DNA of 45,297 nt, filler included, from Catajapyx aquilonaris (taxonomy: Eukaryota): assembly GCA_000934665.2 (NCBI GenBank). It is 2 parts of 2 records of this genome, joined end to end, with 100 filler letters (N's around TTAATTAATTAA, not from the genome) between each part and the next. Parts side by side here need not be neighbours in the genome. Positions count along the whole stretch, not along the records: positions 1 to 22,623 come from KZ539424.1; 1 more part is not named here. One strand, given 5' to 3'. The notes under the pieces were generated by a model. It made no database searches, had not been told where the DNA came from, and was given only the letters and a program-made list of their open reading frames with translations. Positions 1-13,300 of this stretch are shown here, in pieces; the stretch's first letter is position 1; every line of letters begins with the position of its first letter. The position numbers were made by a program, and so were the translations under genes.

Positions 1-1825
1 TGTTTGCCTAGCAGTCTAGGCGAAAGTCCGGCCCTGACTGCATCGGTCAAGTCAACGGGGTCAGCATGGTCAAGGAATTCATGAACTGTCTGTTTTGTAC
101 AATTATTATACAAATGCACCATTGCAATCACAACAAATCAGTACACCCCAAACAACTACAAAATTCTGTCCTAGATGATCAGCAGACAGCAGTTTTAGAT
201 ATGTAGGCTACAATGCATGGATCTCGCATGATGTTTGTAGACTATATTGTGGAAATTATCGAAACACAGACAGCCGTCCATTCATGGGAATGGCTTGTGC
301 AGTAAAGATCTATAGCCAAGCACTTATGGCAGGGATCATCTTTTCAATAAGGGCATTTTTTCGGGTAACAAACCAAGGTTGGGACGAATTTTTCTTACAA
401 TAATTAATTGCTATTTTCCATGGTCGTTGAGAACTTTTCAGGGTTATTTTTTTCTCTGTCGAGTTCCACGTAGAACATACCGGTACAGGTACTATCTTTT
501 ACCATCATGCCGACACGCATTTATACGCCTGGTTAGATTGCGTATTAAAACTGCGATTTTTAACAAGTTGTGAGGGCAGTATAATATAGAGATGCTTGAG
601 AAGAAAGGTGTGGGGAATCCATTTCGTGTACTGGTACCTGCTTATCTATAGCATCGTAACGCAGCAAAACACTGCCTATACAACCCCCACCTTTCTTTAC
701 TCAGATCTATTTATCAACTGATTGAAATTTAATATTGTTTTCATTCTTGTTTCTGTATTAGACCAGTCTTTAGACGTGTTTGGAATTAATCTCCTTCCTC
801 CTGCGGGGTTGCGTGTCCTCTCACAGGACAGGAAGTATGGTGTTAAGGGCACCTGAGCAGACGTATGCCCTATATGAAGCTGCTCTTCTGGAGCGGGTGG
901 CCCTCCAGACAAAGAATGGGATGGGGTGAGGATGACCAAGGATGGCTGGAGGGACATGAGGCAGCCCTGAGGGGCTTCTGGCAGAGGAAGGCGGACATCA
1001 GCCTGACCAAGGCAGATGGTCGTCTGGGAGACCAGCGTCCACATGAGACATTCCATTTTATGAGAGTTCGTGCTCTACTACATGGATGTCAGACCGGCCA
1101 GTACATTGGTATCCCATATTGTCACCACCGATAAGTGGATTTCCTTTGCCCTCAGAGGTGGTACAGCTTCTTGCTAGTCTGGTGGAGGTATACTGGCATG
1201 AGACTCAGGCACACCTGGAGTGCTTTGTTGTCCCAACTGGTCCCACAAGGGTAAGAAGTCAACTTATGCTTGTATTCCAACAGAATGTGTTCCCCCAATA
1301 TTCTTAAAGTAAAGCATCATGACAAAACTGCTGAAGTTAACCCTATTAATATGTAAGGAAAAGAGAAATGGTGCCCTCTGCTTTCAGGTTTTAATTTGTG
1401 GGAGCCCTTTAAGTAGTGGATCCACCCCTAGCTTTGCACATGTGCCCTACCCTAGGGAACACTGCTGGAAATCTTGACCTGGTGCCAAAGAGAATGGTGG
1501 AGCCAGAGGTGGCCTCTTGAATCTGGAGTTGTCATCGGCATCAAAGAGATAATCAGAATCATTGTCACTTTCCCAATTTCTCTCAACTGAGGTCTTCTTT
1601 GACTGCTTGGTTTTCCCTCATTGCAGGATGACTCCAGTCAGAGGAGTTGACATTGGTGATCAAACTGACAACCTCCTGAGTGACAGGCAGAATGCTTAAT
1701 GAGTAATGACCAGACTATACTGCTTTGGAGCAAGGCAAAGATCATGAGTACCTGCTAGGTAAACTCGAAAATACTGTATAAATTTTTGGGACATGATACG
1801 TATTCTCTGAAATAATAACAATTAT

Positions 1826-2235
1826 TTCCCCACCCGGGAGCAAACCTTTCGCTTGCGTCATTGGGTCGTGACCCGCGCCTAAGGAGGCGTCTTGGCAACC
1901 TGACCTCCTGGGGGACTGCACCTGGCCCACCGCTGGACAATGCACCTGCACATGTGTCCCTGTTGTGTTATCAGGGAGCTACTCAAAGACTCGACTTGGC
2001 TTTGGGAATGTCATCTAATAACTTTAATCAACAATCACTACCATGGATACATAATACAACAGTCCCCTCCCCAATATCCCCAACCCTTACCCTATTTCCT
2101 AGTAATCCTTCCACCGGAGTTCGAAGTAAATACAATCAGAAAACTGTATGGTGGTCTGCCACCCCCCTATAACGACCAAGTAGTTGTATCACAGGGTAAA
2201 TAAAATAAATAAATAAATAAAATAAAAAATAAAAT
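1826..2235 (+). mobile_element. 5'-truncated SINE related to the element at 4968
   Basis: Shares the core TGGCAACCT(G/A)ACCTCCTGGGGGACT(G/A)CAC(C/A)TGGCCC with 5095-5130 and a similar 3' end, followed by a (TAAA)n tail. Confidence 0.75.
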
Positions 2236-3738
2236 AACAATAATTATTTATTTTTAAAATAATTATTATTTTAAAAACAGACATTGCCACATGCTCAGCG
2301 TACTTAGGCTACAATTTGGTACTGCTAACTTTAAGAGACGAGGAAACAAAATATAAAAATACAGGGTTCCACAAAAATATTTTTATCTTGCAAATCATGT
2401 TGACCCAGCATAATGGCTTGGCCAAAGCCAGAAAGGTCCACAAGTTGCAGAGCACTTCAAGGCAGTTGTTTCTGAAACACCACAGCTAATGAGCATGTTC
2501 ATTGAAATGGGGAGGCAGAGTGGGATTGCAGTAACATACGAGCCCACAGATAAAAGAGTACTGGTTTCCATACAAGCCTGGATGTGTGGTATGTGGGTGT
2601 CACCTTTTCATCTCATGCGGAGTTGGGTCATCTCTGGGCTAATTTCATAACCACCCCAGGGATCTCACAAAATGGTCATTAATAAAGAATGGATTTTTAG
2701 GTTCTTAAAAACCCACAAAAAGGTAGCCATTTAGGTCCTGAAAACAGTCATAATAGGCTATTAAATATGCAGTAAAAATCAAGCAGGTCTTAATTTATTT
2801 TCGTTCCTATAATGTGACTTACATCATAAATATTGCTACACTCTATAAAGCTGGAACTTGCCTAATCTTTGCTCTCTTGTAGTGATAAGAAACACTGATT
2901 TCTCATTCTCTCAACACAGAACATCATATAATTGGCAAAACTGTTCCTTTGCCTGATTTCCCTATGCCATCAATGTTCAAGTTTGGCTTATATTTTGACC
3001 ATCCTAACGTGAGCATTAACAGCCAAGGTGATATACGACACTAATACTATAGGCAAAGCAGAATAAAATATATTTTAGAATACAGAAATGTTCAAAGTTT
3101 CCGGGAGTATTAAAAAGGAGTAGGTTCGTTGTCAGTGCCAAGTGCATTTCTCAATGAGCTAGCCTTGTCCCACGGCACATTGCCTCAGGGCAGCTGTTAC
3201 ATTCAACTCAATAGCATCTGGCAGTCCTGACACACCACTGCATGTTTATCCCATCTCATACCCCACCAGAAACATGCTATGACTGATCAACTAAGGACAA
3301 TAATGCCCTCACAAAGATGTGCAGTTTTCATGTTGTGCATCTGATAATTATCTAGGTGACTTGTGAGAAATGACTACTCCACATCTTCACAAGGACCTGA
3401 TTGCACAAAGAAATTCGGTTGTGGTGTGATGAGGGATTAAGATAAGGGGATGGAAACCTTGTCCTACTTAACATGTTTCCAACATATTTGGAAGGTTACT
3501 TAATCACCAGTGTGGACTAGGACAAATTAAAAATTACAAATTAAGACCGCTAAATACTGTCATATTGCCACTTCTTTATTCAAAAAGTTAGAAGACTTCA
3601 AGACTACACTTTTCCCTGTAGCCTGATGTCTTCATTGCCATCAACCATATAGCTAAACAAAACATGGGTGATGTGAAAAAATATGGGATAACAAAAATGT
3701 CATAGTAAACAAACAAGAACCACAATGACAAGGTATAC

Positions 3739-3878
3739 ATTCATCAAAATAATCATTCATAATCATAATTATTCATCAAAATAATCATTCATAATCATAA
3801 TTATTCATCAAAATAATCATTCATAATCATAATTATTCATCAAAATAATCATTCATAATCATAATTATTCATCAAAAT
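3739..3878. repeat. Minisatellite, 32-bp unit ATTCATCAAAATAATCATTCATAATCATAATT, about 4.4 copies
   Basis: Tandem units read directly from the sequence. Confidence 0.9.
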
Positions 3879-3890
3879 ACTTGTCTTGTA

Positions 3891-4031
3891 CTATCAGTCC
3901 ACCAAGAATTGTCGTAGCGGCAGCGCACGAACTACAGTCTACAAGCACTTCTCCATTGACTTCTCCCCCCGGAAGTGCTCGTAACTGTAGTTCTTGCGCT
4001 GCCGCTACGACAATTCTTGGTGGACTGATAG
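3891..4031. mobile_element. Palindromic MITE, TA TSD
   Basis: TA|CTATCAGTCCACCAAGAATTGTCGTAGCGGCAGCGCA...TGCGCTGCCGCTACGACAATTCTTGGTGGACTGATAG|TA. Confidence 0.88.
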
Positions 4032-4472
4032 TACACTTATTATACCCAGTGGTGGGCATTTCAAAAATTCCAAACTTATCTAACTCGAATCTTCTATAAC
4101 TGGAATTTTTTCCCTGGTCCCATGGAGGTTTATAATTAATAATTAATTATTATAATATAATGTATTATAGGTAACTTATACAGGTTTTACTGTAGTTTCG
4201 AGAAATGGGGATTGCACAGCTGATTCTTTAAAAAAAAATCTCTATTATAATACCCAATTTATTTATCATTGCAGTCTCTCCAACATGAAGAAATAGGTCA
4301 CAACAAGTCTCCGTAATGATTTCCTATGGAGACATGGAACACACTAAAATAACTGCAGGTAAGCATCATCAACTGGAAGTGAAGCTCAACTATTTCAATA
4401 CCCTCATAAATGTCTTCACCATGTCCTTCTCTTTTCATCAATTTGCTACAAGGTGCATTTAAGGATATTCAA

Positions 4473-5322
4473 TTACAACAATGCACCTCTCAGATTCTTC
4501 AATTCCTGCAAATGGAAAGCAAAGTATACATTACTATCACAATTACTTAGCAACCAATGGCTAATACTTTTCCTAATTGTTTAACTTAAGGCCTATACAT
4601 CAAGGACTTCCATCTCTCATACTTTAAAAGCTGTGGCCTTTCATGCTATACGCCTGTTGCCAACATCCAATTTTCTACCCTCAGAAAAAGGCTAAGTTCC
4701 TTCTAGCTAGTGTGAACTACAGGAATGAGCCTGGCCAGTGAAGGGATAAAACTGGGATCTTCGTCCCTCCTTTAACCCTCCTCCTCTCACCATTAAACAA
4801 TAGAAAGTCCCTGAAGTGTGAGCCAGCCACTTTCTATGTCCCATGAATATGCTGAATAGTGAAGCAGGCTATCACCATGCAGAAAATCATAATAGCTTGC
4901 ACACATCAGACTTAGCCTTCTTTTGGGATATGTTTTGTCACATTACATTCACAAATGAATATTGTCAGGGGAGGTGCGGTGGCCGAGACGGTAACGTCTC
5001 AGCTTGCTGAGTGAAAGGTCCCAGGTTTGATCCCCGCCTGGGAGTTCCCTTCGCCTGCATCAGGAGGGTCTCTGACTAGCACCTTGGAGGTGTCTGGCAA
5101 CCTAACCTCCTGGGGGACTACACATGGCCCAACATCCGACATTGCACACTCTGCACAAGTGTCTCCTCCCCAACAATCCCTATCCCTACCCCACATCCCG
5201 AAGTCCTTGCACGGTGATTGAAGAAAAAAAGAAAATGATTCTGAATGGTGGTAATCCACCCCCCTACAGACCCTTATCGGGTTATCACGGGGTAATAGAA
5301 AAAAGAAGAAGAAGAAGAAGAA

Positions 5323-5393
<71 letters not shown>

Positions 5394-7281
5394 TCATTCC
5401 AAGAGCTGAAAATTGGCACTTGGGAAAATAAAATATACCAAGTCCTATACAGGGTGGTCGGTAAATGGCGGACAAGCTTCAGTTAGCGAGAATCCTTGTG
5501 AAAAACCAGTATATGGAAGTGAAGGTCATATTGCTCTGCGATGCATGGTTAGGGCTCACGAGGCCTCCAAAGTTTGGGCCAAATCATGACGTCACATCCG
5601 CCCTCGAAATTCAAACACTACCGTATCGCTTCTGTCTGCGGTGCGTTACCAGGGGTTGCCATGTTGACATCCCCCACATGTTCACCAAACAATGGAACCG
5701 TATAAACTCGCAGGGACGTTGCCAGGCATTGCCAAACCGTCGTCGCCGCGTGCCTGGCAACGTCCCAGGGAGTTTATACGGTTCCATTGTTTGGTTAAAA
5801 TGTGGGGGATGTCAACATGGCAATGCCTGGTAACAAACCGTGTACTGCAGCGATACAGTATTGTTTGAATTTCGCGGGTGGATGTGACGTCATGATTTGG
5901 TCCAAACTTTGGAGACCTCGTGAGCCCTAACCATGCATCGCAGAGCAATATGACCTTCACTTCCATATACTGGTTTTTCACAAGGAATCTCGCTACCTGA
6001 AGCTTGTCCGCCATTTACCGACCACCCAGGGTGTTTCAACTTTTTTGTCCGAAGTTATCGGAAATATTGCACTATAAGCTGATACTTTGTAAGCAGTGAC
6101 TTGCAACCGGTTTGTCAGAGGAATGGGGAATATTCCCTGCGAATCTTAGGTTGAAGTGGCATACACTGCTTACAAAGTAGCAGCTTCGTGTAATATTTCC
6201 GATAACTGTTCGGACAAAAAAGTTGAAACCCTCTGTATAAATAAGAATATGATGGGAGAAAGGGAGGCAGATTGGGATATGTGACACATGGACATATCAC
6301 CTTCTTCAATATTGCACAGTTTGTAAAACTTTTTAAGCTAGAGAAGTAGTGTCTTTACCGGATCTTTTAGCTGATGCAGTTTTGATATCATGAAGCTTCG
6401 CATCGGCATTTCTCGTCCATTCCGTAAAAATGCTCGCACATGGTGGGTTGCAATTTTATACATGAGAGGACAACATTCAGGTGTCACTTTACCTGGAAAT
6501 AACATTCTAAAAATATTGCAATATAATCAAGACCCCTCAGCAAGGCAGAAATAAAATACCTGAAAGTAATCCCTCAAAGTAACTCCCCAGTATGTCTTCA
6601 GCATTTTCATCCGGTTCCAAAAACGTGCATAATGGCACCAAAATCTATCAGAAGTTATAATATTAGAGCATGTAGTTTATACAGGAAACCATTTGGGTTA
6701 CCTGCTCCAGTGAAGTTCTCAACACCCTCACAACTGCAATCTTCTCACACCAGATCAATCTCTTCCAGTCTGAATGATGCTTTTGTTGCAGAGGAAGTAG
6801 CACAAAATGCGAAAATAGAGCATCGCCATAACTCACACCTCCAAACTGATCTACCAGCTGCATGTAACTGCAATCATACAAGACCATTGACAACTTTGCA
6901 AAGCTAATGTTATGACAGCACTCATTTTGACTCACTCACAAACAGTGATACAGTGATGCCCAAGAGAAGAGGGGACATGATTGTACCCTCTACAATTGTA
7001 AAGACTATTTTGTCTTATCTGGTTCATCAATTTCTACAATTTTCTGTACACAAGATCTAACTGTAACTTCAACCCAAATTTTTGGTACAGTAATCTCAGA
7101 CTTTTCTTTAAATGCATATGTTACGGTCAATGTGTTTAAGCCGGGCGTTTTGTAAAATGACCCGGGCATTGTATAGAATGCCCAATTTTTTGGGCAGTGT
7201 GTATAATGGGAAGGCATATCACGCATGGGCCGGACATTTTGTATAATGCCCACGGTTCGTCGGGCAGTGTGTTGATTCTTT

Positions 7282-7343
<62 letters not shown>

Positions 7344-10300
7344 CAATAATAATAATAATAATAATGATAATAATGATAATAATAATGATAATAATAATAA
7401 TAATAATAGGTTGGGTAATGCTTTCACCCATCAGGGTTTATCGCATGGACCTTTATTATTAGCGGCTGGTGTATACATAGCACATGGTACCTATTTAGCG
7501 CATCGCCCAGGCCCACGGGCAGGGTGACAGGAGGGGATGTGCAAGGTGCAGTGCATCTGACGCTGTGGTCATTTTGTGAACTCCCCCGGGTGGTTTGTCT
7601 TAACGGAAATACCACCCGAGACGAAGCCAGAGATGACCCGGAACTCTGCACGAGATGAAGGGGGTGTCCCCGGCCTGGGATTGAACCAGGGACCTTAACA
7701 TCCGTGGGCGCGTGCGTTACCGCAGCACCACTCCGCCTCCCATGATTCTTTTATCGTCATCTGTTATCGCTTGTAGACTACTCTGCCTATTGCTCCTACA
7801 CATTATTCTATTCAGATGGTCGTGTCTGCCTTCTCAGTCGTGTTTCATTCCACTTACGTATTTTTCCATATTCGAATTTGAAGTTGTGCTATATTTTTTG
7901 CGTGTTTCATCGCCATGGACGTGAGTGAAATGCAGAAAACGTTTGAGGAAAGGCTGGTCGGTCTCGGAAGTGGAGAAAAGGATAACAGCACCTTTCTTAC
8001 TACTCATCAGTACGAGGATCGACTATGCGCTGTCAAAGAAACCAAAGATGTTTCGAGAAGTAAGAAGGGGAAAAAACTTCCCATACACTACTGGCTTTTG
8101 GAACGGTTTGACCTTGTGAACATTGCTGGTAAGGAGAAACTAATCAAACGAATTACAGAGGAATCAAAACCCGTCTTGTACTTCGTACATCAAGACGAAC
8201 TGTTTGATATTTTACATCGCACTCATTTAGACATTGGGCATGGAGGACGAAACCACATGATTCAAGAACTACAACGCAAGTACTGTAATATTACTCGAGA
8301 AACAGTTATGGTTTACCTTAACCAGTGTATTTCTTGTCAAAAGAAGAGCACGTTGCCCAAACGTGGTTTAGTTACAAAGCCTATTTTGCATTCTGCTTTT
8401 AATTCTAGAGCACAAATTGATCTGATTGATATGCAATCACAAAACTACAATGATTACTGGTTCATCATGTATCAGGATCACCTAACCAAATTTGTGCTTC
8501 TGCGACCTTTGAAGACGAAGCGGGCAGAATAAGTGGCTTATCAGCTTTTGGACATCTACACAACTTTTGGGGCACCCGTCATTCTCCAGTCAGATAATGG
8601 CAGTGAATTTGTAAATTCTGTAATAGCAGGATTGCATGAGATGTGGCCTTCAGTGAAGATAGTACATGGAAAACCTCAACACAACCAGTCACAGAGTTCG
8701 GTGGAAAGAGCAAACAGGGACCTTGAATCTATATTGGCAGCATGGATGGCGGACAACAACACCCCAGATTGTCCATCAGGACAAAAATTTTTGCAGTTTC
8801 GGAAGAACTGTGCACAGCATTCTGGTATAGGAAGATCCCCTTATGAGGCTATGTTTGGCTCACAAGCAGCATGTGGCCTTACTTCCATCAGTATTCCGCT
8901 GAAACAGTTGACGGCATACATTCAGAGGACGACTTGGTACTGGCATTGACAACTGATGACCCAGAACGACCCATCCATCCAACATCACATCATGCTGAGG
9001 AAAGTGATGGAGTACATTCAGAGAACGACTTGGTACAAGTACTACCATTGACAACTGATGATCCAGAACGACCCATCATCCAACATCGCATCGTGCTGAG
9101 GAAAGTGAAACACATAACTGTACCACTTGCTCAACCCTACTAACAGAAAAAGAAGCTAAATCAAAGTGTCTGACTTGCATTCATTTGGAATCCATTCAAA
9201 ACAACAGAAAAAGGGCGGGTGAATGCCTCAAAAAGCAGGCTAAGAAAATGTTGAAGAGAACACAGGTCAAATTTCCTCCAGTTGAAGTGGGAGCGACGGT
9301 CCGTCTATCAATTCCTGACGTCGACAGGGGTCGTGGGTCCTCCAACAAAATCCTAGCAGTGGTGAAGAGTGTTGATGATGATCTGTACACACTGTCCTCT
9401 GAACATGGCCAACTCAAGCACAAGTACACGCGTGCAGAAATACAGGGTGTAAATCATAAGCGTGGCACCAGAAAAGGTGGTGGTAGAGGGCGCAGGTGTG
9501 AGCATTTTTGCATGAGGAACTAGGGGTCGGAAACACACCCTCACCGAGTTACGCCCCTTTCAAGTTTGCGGCAGGCAGTGTGCAAGAGGCGACGTGCGGC
9601 ACGCGGCGGAGTGGGTGAGGGGGGGCTTGGCAGGCGGGTTTCCGACCCCTAGTTCCTTATGCAAAAATGCTCACACCTGCACCCTCTACCACCACCTTTT
9701 CTGGTGACATGCTTAGGATTTACATCCTGTATATCCGTGCAAAGTAAGATGATTAAACTTAGCTGCTGTTACTGCAAAGGTAGATAGCACACTGATTTCT
9801 CTGGGGGAGGCAGCATCTTACAACAGTGTGTCAGGGTCACAGAGGTATAAGAAATGCAACTGCCAAACCAAACATGTTACAAAAAAGTGCGCATGCAGAG
9901 CTACCGGTCAGCTCTGTAATTCCAAGTGCCACAGTTCTTTATCTTGTTCCAATAAATGATCCTTATGATTAACTCTGATTATAATGCCTGTATGTTAATT
10001 TTGACCAAGGGAATTATTGTCTCAATAAAAAAACAGTGTATAATATATATTGGTAACCCTCTAGGCATTCTGTATAATGACCTGACATTTTATACATTGA
10101 CCAAAACTTGTTACGGGCATTATACACACTGCCCAAAAAATTGGCCATTCTATAGTGCCCGGTCATTTTACAAAACGCCCAGGTTAAACACATTGACCGT
10201 AACACATACATGACTTGTGCAGTTGTTGTCTTTTCAAGTTAACTGCTGCAGTTCCCTCAAACTGACATTTACTGACACTGTCCACTCTTGACCAACCTTC

Positions 10301-13300
10301 AAAGTGTGGCAGATTGCAAATTGCTTAACTAAAGCCACAAACACAATAGGTATCAATGAGATTTCTACTAATACAAATTTTATCTGACTCTTGGTAGGCA
10401 CAGTAAGGGGAGCACTGCTTTTGGATGCCAACTCTCTTTCTCTTCTACAAATTCAGAATATGAACTCACTATTTAAAAAAGAAAAAAAGTTCTGGTGTTG
10501 ATGCTTACAATTCTCTCCATGAGCTGATTCCTTCAATGTCTTGATCAAAGTTCAGCTCATCTGCATTCTTGAGAAGCTCTCTCAAAATGTATTGGATGTA
10601 GCCGTGAATAGTACGATCAAAGAACAGGTCACTCTTGGCCAAGAAGATGCAAGCAAGCCGGCAAAACCTAGATGTTACGGACAATTTCTTCATCTCCTTT
10701 GGCCTGCAGCATTCAAGCAGGTATACCCACTGGAGGCAGTCTCTGATTTTCTGTAGCGTCTCAGCATCCGAGGTCTCTGAAACATCTTTGCTGCAATAAT
10801 AATTACGTTACAAGTTATTTAAATGAAATTCTCAGGCAAATAACTTCATACATCAAGGGTGATAGGTCATAAGGGCGTATGAGCATGTAAGAGAATTTTA
10901 CATGAGAGGGAAAAAACCTTTCATTATTTCAATATTCGTTATAATTTTGTAACTGTTTTGTGCAGCACACACACGTTTCAATGCAGATGTGTGCTGCACA
11001 ATCAAGTTACAAAATTATAATGAATATTGAAATAATGAAAGGTTTTTTCCCTCTCATGTAAAATTCCCTTACAGGCTCATACGCCCTTCTGACCTATCAC
11101 CCTCGACATTAAAACAGTTCTGAATGAAACCTTCAATTGTGATGAAATTAATGTTTCTTTGGTCCCCATCAAGCAATTTCACAGTTGCTGTATAAATAAT
11201 AATGGAAACCTTTTCATTACGAAAAGTTTTCATGAAATAGTGAAACTCCAATGTACTGCGTGCTCCAGTTGAAATGTCCTAACTGGTTAGATGTGTTTTG
11301 GCAATTAGAGCCAGTTTTTTTGAACAGTTACTTTTAGTGGTTATCAAAAGTATTATCTGCTGTTTGGACCAATCTTTCTTTACACCCTGCAAAAATAAAA
11401 TAATAAATAAATAAATAAATAAAGTCCTTGATGGTTCATGCCAATTGTTCCAATGGTCCATTGCCAATTTTCAATTCATGGCAGGGCATAGGGAAAAATT
11501 ACTGTAATTACATTTTCTCATAATTTTGTGCCAGTGATTTGCACAGATCATCTGTGTGACTGTAAACAATGTGTTTTATCAAGATGAAGGAGCTCAGGGG
11601 TGTCCTTGAAGTGCCTGCGAACATCACTTGATTCATAACTTGGCATTTTAATTGCTGAATCACCTCATGATGGGGAAGAAACTGCCTTTGTTCTCCATGA
11701 CACATTTAAAGCAGGCCATCCCTAATTACCTTCAAAGTCTCACCAGAAATACTGTTGCATTGCTCCATACATTGTCTCCTGGTCTCCAGGGTCTTACCCA
11801 ATCAGGGCCACACCAACCGTAATGTCACAGACTAATTATAACCACCCACACACCACCCATAAGACAACCAAAAGATAATTGGGCAGAGTAGCCTTCTCGT
11901 GGTATGCTCCCATGAAATGGCTAAATAACTATGAAGGTGATTAGGATGGACTCCTTTAAATGTGGTGTGGAGAAAAAAGGCAGTTTCTTCCCAGTCATGA
12001 GGCAATTCGTCAATGAAAATGCCAAGTTATGAATGAAGTGATGATTACAAACACTTCAAGGACACCCCTGAACTCTTTCATCTTGATAAAACAGCGTTTA
12101 GTCATACACATGATCTGTGTGAGTCATTCGCTCAAAATTATGGAAAAATGCAATTACATTAATTTTTCCCTAGGAGTGAGCAGAAGTGACCTCCTTGCCA
12201 AATGTGCCCACCCCATAAGGGGTCGTCCATAAACCACGTGACCGAGTTTCGGGCACTTTGACCCCCCCCCCCCCTCCCCCCCAGGTGACCGACCGTGGTA
12301 TCCATTGGAACCCCCCTTCCCCCCCCTTTTTCACGTGTTTTTTTTTAAAAATGTCAATGTTATCAGAAAAAACGCGATCGAAATTGATAGCTCCTCACCT
12401 AACTGTTTAATCACGTAAAAATCATGTCTCCCCATGTTTTCGGGGTCGCTGATTTCGAATTCTAGGTTATTTTGAACCCATGTGCATCTNCCCTCCCCCC
12501 AAAACGGTCACGTGGTATATGGACGACCCCTAAGTGTTTGAGTCAATATGGCAGACAGACATGTGTTACAGGCATGGGCGAAAGATGAAGTGAGAGAAGT
12601 TATCAGTGCGTTCCATGTCATCGTCCAGACAACTGTATCCACACGTTCGACATTCACCTTTGTCGTTGACGGCCTTCCAGGCAGCTACTCCTCTGCCGCA
12701 CTGTCAAGGCTGTCATGAAACTGCTGACACCATCGGTGAAACATTTGCTGTGACATCACTTCCGAACAATAGACCTCAACGAACCACAAATGGATTTCTA
12801 CACCACTCTTGCCAAGTACCCACCCGAAGTGGATCAGCCCTCACTTCTTTCAACCACTTCTGTAACACATGTCTGTCAGCCATATTGACTCAAGTCCTTA
12901 TGGAGTGGCCACGCCAAACTCGCCAAACTCGCCAAACTCACCAGGTGAGTACTCTTCCTCTGCCAATATTGAAAATAAACTTTCCCGAGCTGTAAAAACC
13001 ATGATTTATCCCATTCTTCCACCATGCACTAAATTGTCAAGCAGTAGATTCCACACCTTAGGGCTATTACAGGGTCCCTTTTTAATTACATCATTTCACC
13101 CTGTCTACAGCATTAGTTATAAAAAGACAATGCATTGCTGCAAATGTCAGTCATACCTGTTCTGACTCATGCCATAGAGTTGCACGATGGGCCAAAAAGG
13201 CCAATCTACAGGTAGAGCAACTTGACAGTGGGAGGTCAGCTGAGCCATACTTTCACCACCTTGACCACTGAGACAGGCCACATAGGTATTTCCAATCAAT

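Larger units (their letters stand above)
7119..10204 (+). mobile_element. Ginger2/KRBA2(SCAND3)-like integrase DNA transposon, full length, inactivated, in an RPAP1 intron
   Basis: TGT...ACA termini with about 90-bp TIRs (TGTTACGGTCAATGTGTTTAA.../...TTAAACACATTGACCGTAACA); 4-bp TSD CATA at 7115-7118 and 10205-10208; internal integrase-type ORF. Confidence 0.92.

Noticed and set aside
7..55. Hairpin GCCTAG-CAGT-CTAGGC followed by GAAA, hammerhead-like; also GTCC-AGATAA-GGAC-GAAG at 20306-20323
   Set aside because: The CUGANGA core is absent and the cleavage triplet is non-canonical; at most degenerate relics.
697..1750. Exon-like GC-richer stretches on the minus strand
   Set aside because: No consistent open frame or recognisable domain.
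3739..3878. 32-bp repeats, CRISPR-like length
   Set aside because: Head-to-tail tandem copies without spacers, in a eukaryotic context.
4968..5045. tRNA gene candidates (also 7670-7740)
   Set aside because: They are SINE heads followed by body, tail and TSD, with no complete cloverleaf.
4999..5486. Poly-Leu/Ile/Arg ORFs (also 7219-7431 and 38087-38368)
   Set aside because: Translations of (AAT)n/(AAG)n/(GAT)n retroposon tails.
5465..6014. Two near-identical ORFs MADKLQ... on opposite strands (similarly 3865-4099, 7005-7253 vs 9956-10213)
   Set aside because: By-products of inverted repeats, not genes.
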